A DNA stretch of 64,000 bases, from IMG/VR virus record IMGVR_UViG_3300013119_001061; one strand, 5' to 3'. The translations under genes were made by a program, and so were the position numbers. This DNA comes from a virus. This document shows positions 59,885-64,000 of the stretch, one piece after another. Numbering within the stretch: position 1 is the first letter of the stretch; each line of letters begins with the position of its first letter. Below the pieces are notes generated by a model that had not been told where the DNA came from, made no database searches, and saw only the letters and a list, made by a program, of their open reading frames with translations.

Positions 59885-60640
59885 ATGGCTAAGGCAAAAA
59901 AGCCTGCAAAGACTGCAAAGAAAAAGTCAAAAGTATCTGACGATTTTACGGCAGACTTAATCAGGTCTCTTAATAAGGATCACGGAGGACGAATCGCATA
60001 CAATCTCAGTGTAGATGAGTCACCGACCCACGTGAAAGCGTGGGTCGGCACTGGGATTAGGCAGCTCGATCTACTGGTATCTAATCGAAAAAACGGCGGG
60101 CTACCCTGTGGCAGAATTGTCGAGATCTTTGGGCCACCATCAATCGGTAAGTCACATATCGCTTTGCAGATTGCGCGAAACACGCAATCAATGGGTGGCA
60201 TCGTTGTCTATATTGACACAGAGAACGGTACATCAGTAGAGAATCTGGCACTCCTCGGTGTTGATGTATCAAAGCGGTTTGTGTTTATCGAGACTGCCTG
60301 CACTGAGGAAGTGTTTGAAGTCGCAGAGTCAACGATCATGAAAGCCCGCGGCCTCAATAAAGATATTCCTATTACGATTATTTGGGATTCTGTGGCAGCA
60401 TCTTCTCCCAGGGCAGAGCTAACAGGCGATTATGATCAAAACTCTATCGGTCTTCAAGCAAGAACGATCTCAAAGGGCATGAGAAAGATCACCCAGGTCT
60501 TTGGTAGCACGAATACACTGTTCATCTGTCTAAATCAGACACGAACAAAGATTGGTGTTATGTACGGGGATCCCATGTGCGTCGACCCGTTTACGACTAA
60601 AATCAAAGTCAGGTATGATAACTCTAATTTCGGCCTATAG
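59885..60640 (+). CDS. recA: RecA/UvsX recombinase N-terminal part fused to split-intein IntN
   Basis: GGLPCGRIVEIFGPPSIGKS Walker A; YIDTE; IWDSVAA Walker B; NQTRTKIGVMYGDPM then CVDPFTT... Confidence 0.92.
   Translation: MAKAKKPAKTAKKKSKVSDDFTADLIRSLNKDHGGRIAYNLSVDESPTHVKAWVGTGIRQLDLLVSNRKNGGLPCGRIVEIFGPPSIGKSHIALQIARNTQSMGGIVVYIDTENGTSVENLALLGVDVSKRFVFIETACTEEVFEVAESTIMKARGLNKDIPITIIWDSVAASSPRAELTGDYDQNSIGLQARTISKGMRKITQVFGSTNTLFICLNQTRTKIGVMYGDPMCVDPFTTKIKVRYDNSNFGL
60578..60637 (+). mobile_element. split intein N-fragment (20 aa)
   Basis: CVDPFTTKIKVRYDNSNFGL*; Cys1 block-A pattern begins exactly where RecA similarity stops. Confidence 0.85.
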
Positions 60641-60679
60641 TTATATATGGAACTAAAACCTCGTTAAAACTATAGGTGG
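60634..60679 (+). promoter_or_regulatory. late promoter within RBS-sequestering inverted repeat
   Basis: CCTATAGTT (60634-42) pairs with AACTATAGG (60668-76); TATAGTTA at 60636-43; SD AGGTGG at 60674-79. Confidence 0.7.
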
Positions 60680-60685
60680 AATATT

Positions 60686-61696
60686 ATGATAGATTATTTT
60701 GATTTTGATTTTAAAATAAAAGATAATAAACCAATAACTAAAATATCTTTAAAGGCTAAGTTTAAAAAAGAAAAGCCAGCAATGAGAGAATCTGGTTATC
60801 CATTTAGTGGAGTAGAGCTGGGTTATTATATTCATCATATTGATGATAAAAATCTGGCTAACAATGTTTGGAAATTTAGAAAGAAGCTAGCAAATAAAAA
60901 CTATTTAATTGACTTCCTATTTGAAAACAACGTTATTTCATTGAAGGAATATGAGATATCAAATCTGTGGAAACTCAGGACGAGAAAAAAGTTTGTCAAA
61001 AACCATTCCATCGCTATGTCGTCTGAAGCTGCCAGGAAAAACATGTCAGATAGCTATGACAGGGAATTGCATTCAAAGATTCATAAAGAGTTGTGGAAAA
61101 ATAATCGTGAAAAGTATATAAAAGCAACACAGTCACCCAAAGTAAAAAAAAGAAGAATTGCATCATTTAAAAAGCACCTTGAAGATCCTGCTAACAAGAA
61201 AAAATATGATGAAGCAATGCAAAATCCTGAAAGAATTGAAAAAATAAGTAAAGCTGCTAAAAAGATGTGGGAAAACGCATCTAATGAGAAAAGAAATAAA
61301 ATGAGATCAAATTGGTCAAAAAAGCTTTCTTATAAAGGCAAGAAAATGAATTCAATAGAATTTAAAATTGCTAACTTGTTAGACGAAAAAAATATAAACT
61401 GGGAATATGAACCAGTAATTGAGTTTGAAAATTCATTTGTCCAGCCAGATTTTATAGTAAATAGTAGTATAGTAATTGAATGTTTCGGCGACTTTTGGCA
61501 TGCCAACCCATCGAAGTACGAAGATGATTTCGTCTTATATGCTGCAAAAACTGCAAAAGCTCAGAGAGCGTTTGATAAAAATAGACTAGGTTTGTTAAGT
61601 GAAAAATTTGAACATATTGTAATTTTGTGGGAAAATGAAATCAATAGTTCTGATATAGAAACAATATTAAAAGAGAGGGTTTTATGCCTATTGTAG
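60686..61696 (+). CDS. free-standing Vsr/DUF559-like homing endonuclease inside fractured recA
   Basis: Basic helical NUMOD3-like repeats; MNSIEFKI...YEP...PDF...IECFGDFWHANP...FDKNR...LWENEI; more AT-rich than its flanks. Confidence 0.8.
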   Translation: MIDYFDFDFKIKDNKPITKISLKAKFKKEKPAMRESGYPFSGVELGYYIHHIDDKNLANNVWKFRKKLANKNYLIDFLFENNVISLKEYEISNLWKLRTRKKFVKNHSIAMSSEAARKNMSDSYDRELHSKIHKELWKNNREKYIKATQSPKVKKRRIASFKKHLEDPANKKKYDEAMQNPERIEKISKAAKKMWENASNEKRNKMRSNWSKKLSYKGKKMNSIEFKIANLLDEKNINWEYEPVIEFENSFVQPDFIVNSSIVIECFGDFWHANPSKYEDDFVLYAAKTAKAQRAFDKNRLGLLSEKFEHIVILWENEINSSDIETILKERVLCLL

Positions 61697-62049
61697 AAGA
61701 AGAATTGACGTTTTTCGAATTCGCTGAAAAGTTTTTAAATCTAAATGATATGAAAACACCGACAAACCTAGACATATCTAGTCTGGGCATAGAGATTGAA
61801 ACTCTGCTAAATGATGGAACTGCTGGTTTTCGGCCAATGAATTCGTTTATCGTGAAAGATCAAGTCGACTCCTACTGCAGGATTGATGAGCTAAGAGGAA
61901 CTAGCAATCACAGAGTTTTGTTCGGTAATGAGTACATACCTCTGTCTGAGCACCCAGAATCTATGATTATTGAAGAGCCAATGTGTGTCGTAGATACATC
62001 TGTTGAAGAGACAGAAAATTACATAGCAAATGGCCAGGTAAATCACAAT
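61684..62049 (+). mobile_element. split intein C-fragment (122 aa)
   Basis: Block B GTSNHRVL (TxxH); block F VVDTSVEETENYIANG; block G VNHN; +1 Thr at 62050. Confidence 0.88.
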
Positions 62050-62559
62050 ACGACTCCCGGCGGCGCCGCAATACCATTTCACTCCTCAGTTCGAATTAAA
62101 CTCGGCGCCGGCTCTCAAATCAAGAACAAAGAGGGCGATATCATAGGGATTAATGTCTCGGCGAAGACAATCAAGAACAAAGTGGCGCACCCATTCAGAA
62201 CTTGTCATTTTGAGATTCACTTTGGTGTCGGTGTCAAAGAGCATGAGCAAATCACAGATCTTCTTAGATCGTCTGACGACGTAGAGTTCGAAGGAAAGAC
62301 ATACTCTGTCGAAGGTGCAGGAGCTTGGAAGACACTATCAGTTATTGATTCAAAAACCGGTGAACTTATAGTAGAAAAGAAGTTCACCAAAAGTGGAATG
62401 GAAGATTTGTTAAACAGTGATGAGTATTTGCCTTATATTGAGACGATGCTAGAGAAGACTCTTATTAAGAATTTTTCCGGCAATCTAGATATTAATGCAG
62501 ATTCTTATGAAGAGGTCCGAGCAGTAGCAATGGACCTCGCGGAGGCAGAGTTAAAATGA
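61684..62559 (+). CDS. recA: split-intein IntC fused to RecA C-terminal part
   Basis: Intein blocks, then TTPGGAAIPFHSSVRIKL...KTIKNKVAHPFRTCHFEIHFGVG...GAGAW, which is the RecA C-terminal half; GAGGG SD. Confidence 0.92.
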   Translation: MPIVEEELTFFEFAEKFLNLNDMKTPTNLDISSLGIEIETLLNDGTAGFRPMNSFIVKDQVDSYCRIDELRGTSNHRVLFGNEYIPLSEHPESMIIEEPMCVVDTSVEETENYIANGQVNHNTTPGGAAIPFHSSVRIKLGAGSQIKNKEGDIIGINVSAKTIKNKVAHPFRTCHFEIHFGVGVKEHEQITDLLRSSDDVEFEGKTYSVEGAGAWKTLSVIDSKTGELIVEKKFTKSGMEDLLNSDEYLPYIETMLEKTLIKNFSGNLDINADSYEEVRAVAMDLAEAELK

Positions 62560-63020
62560 GCATGTTCGTTAAAGTAAAGCTAACACATCCCGATGCAAAG
62601 CTACCATCTCAAAAGATAGGTGATGTAGGCTGGGATCTAACATCAGTCGAGTCAGGAAATATTCCTGCCGGAAAAGTAACGTCAGTTTCTACCGGTGTTG
62701 TCTTAGCAGAATCACCATTCACGACTGATATTCATAAGTCTGTTATTATAAAAGTAGAAGGAAGATCAGGTTTAGCATTTAGACACGCCGTTTTTCCAGT
62801 GGGTGGTATCATTGACCCAGGATATCGAGGCGAGATATCTGTAATGCTCTATAATGGCGGTGACAAAGATTACCGGTTTGAAAAGGGCGATCGAATAGCA
62901 CAGCTGGTAATCTATGATGTGCATGCGAAGACTAGTAGTAACAAAACACAGTTCCTAGAAGTTGATACTGTTCATCCATCTCATCGAGGAGACAAGGGCT
63001 TTGGATCGTCAGGCAGATAG
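62556..63020 (+). CDS. dut: dUTPase (trimeric)
   Basis: GWDL, GRSGLA, GIIDPGYRGEI, GDRIAQLV, RGDKGFGSSG. Confidence 0.95.
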   Translation: MSMFVKVKLTHPDAKLPSQKIGDVGWDLTSVESGNIPAGKVTSVSTGVVLAESPFTTDIHKSVIIKVEGRSGLAFRHAVFPVGGIIDPGYRGEISVMLYNGGDKDYRFEKGDRIAQLVIYDVHAKTSSNKTQFLEVDTVHPSHRGDKGFGSSGR

Positions 63021-63957
63021 ACCCGTCCTAATCTTCGATGCGATGAATTTATTTCTTCGTGTCTATTCTGCAAACCCAACAATAAGCCAGTATGGACATC
63101 ATGTCGGAGGTGTAGTCGGCTTTCTTAAGTCAATGAGAAATATCATTGATAAGTTCGCACCCTCCCAGATCTTTGTTGTCTGGGAGGGTGGCGGTAGTCA
63201 AAGACGCCGCGCCATCTATCCTGAATACAAGCATGGACGCAAGCCCAAGCGGATGAATAAGTTCTTTGATCAAGAGATCCCAGACACAATTCAAAGTAGA
63301 AATAACCAGATTGCATCGCTGATTAGCATACTAAAGAACACACCCATATGCCAGCTTTATGTAGGCGACTGCGAAGCTGATGATGTTATCGGATATCTCT
63401 GCAAGTATAAGCTAAGAGACAGTGACAAGATTATCGTGTCGTCTGATCAGGATTATTATCAACTGCTCAATGAGTCTACACAGATCTTTCGCCTAGGCAA
63501 AAAAGAAATTGTAAAAGCTTCGGATGTTCTGACTCTAACAGGTGTAACTGCTTCAAATTATTGTGTCGCCAAAGCAGCCGCCGGAGATTCGTCAGATAAC
63601 ATCTCTGGCATCAAGGGCGCCGGATACAAGACGATGTCCAAGAGATTTCCATTTTTACGAAACGAAGAAGAAGCAGATATTAAAAATATTTTTGACCATG
63701 CTTTAGCGAACATAGATAAGAAAATAAAGGTCTACAGAACGATCATAGATAATTTTGATATTCTGGAACGTAACTGGAAGCTTACATACTTAGATTCGAA
63801 CAATTTAGCTGCAAATCAGGTGAATCAAATAGAGGATATCGTAGATACATTTGTGCCCTGCAAGAATAAGATAGGCATGATGAGGAAATTGATTCATGAG
63901 GGAATTCAAAACTTCGATGTCGAATCCTTGTTTCTTAGCTTTACTTATCTAGATTAA
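63001..63957 (+). CDS. 5'-3' exonuclease / flap endonuclease (T4 RNase H-like)
   Basis: LIFDAMNLF, YPEYKHGR, EADDVIGY, SSDQDYYQL, GDSSDNISGIKGAG; likely TTG start 63001 after GAGGAG. Confidence 0.9.
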   Translation: MDRQADRPVLIFDAMNLFLRVYSANPTISQYGHHVGGVVGFLKSMRNIIDKFAPSQIFVVWEGGGSQRRRAIYPEYKHGRKPKRMNKFFDQEIPDTIQSRNNQIASLISILKNTPICQLYVGDCEADDVIGYLCKYKLRDSDKIIVSSDQDYYQLLNESTQIFRLGKKEIVKASDVLTLTGVTASNYCVAKAAAGDSSDNISGIKGAGYKTMSKRFPFLRNEEEADIKNIFDHALANIDKKIKVYRTIIDNFDILERNWKLTYLDSNNLAANQVNQIEDIVDTFVPCKNKIGMMRKLIHEGIQNFDVESLFLSFTYLD

Positions 63958-63971
63958 AAAAGAGGTTATTA

Positions 63972-64000
63972 GTGACACACGAGCATAGTATTACGTTTGC
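63972..64000 (+). CDS. start of next gene (truncated by window)
   Basis: GAGGT SD followed by GTG; frame open to the window end. Confidence 0.35.

Noticed and set aside
60578-62049. Group I intron or assembly frameshift as the cause of the recA interruption
   Set aside because: Only 45 nt of non-coding sequence and no room for a ribozyme core. Intein blocks A, B, F and G sit exactly at the extein junctions, and the second half has its own SD and ATG.
1-64000. Stop-codon reassignment; tRNA genes
   Set aside because: Core genes are full length in the standard code and end in TAA, TAG and TGA; no cloverleaf or T-loop motif was seen in the short intergenic gaps

Overview
A 64-kb, entirely plus-strand segment of a large T4-superfamily myovirus (jumbo-phage-like, AT-rich, standard genetic code). 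In order it carries: baseplate/tail-appendage genes; RuvC, primase and a fused SbcD-SbcC; terminase, portal, prohead protease, a phage ribosomal protein bS21, scaffold and major capsid; neck, two tail sheaths, tube, tail chaperone, tape measure and hub; then a mini family-A polymerase, a degenerate HD protein, gp32-like SSB, RecA, dUTPase and a 5'-3' exonuclease. The most notable locus is recA (59885-62559). It is fractured into two genes by an atypically split intein (20-aa IntN, 122-aa IntC), with a free-standing Vsr-like endonuclease between the halves. That endonuclease and a second one at 17.2 kb each sit behind a late promoter embedded in an RBS-sequestering hairpin. Other highlights: a probable +1 programmed frameshift joining gp26-like and gp51-like tail chaperone ORFs; a late-promoter motif YATAnTTA; leaderless sigma70-type early genes; a [S/T]-[G/A/S]-S motif enriched in virion proteins; and candidate pseudoknotted 5' leaders. 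All calls are from manual motif reading, with no database searches.
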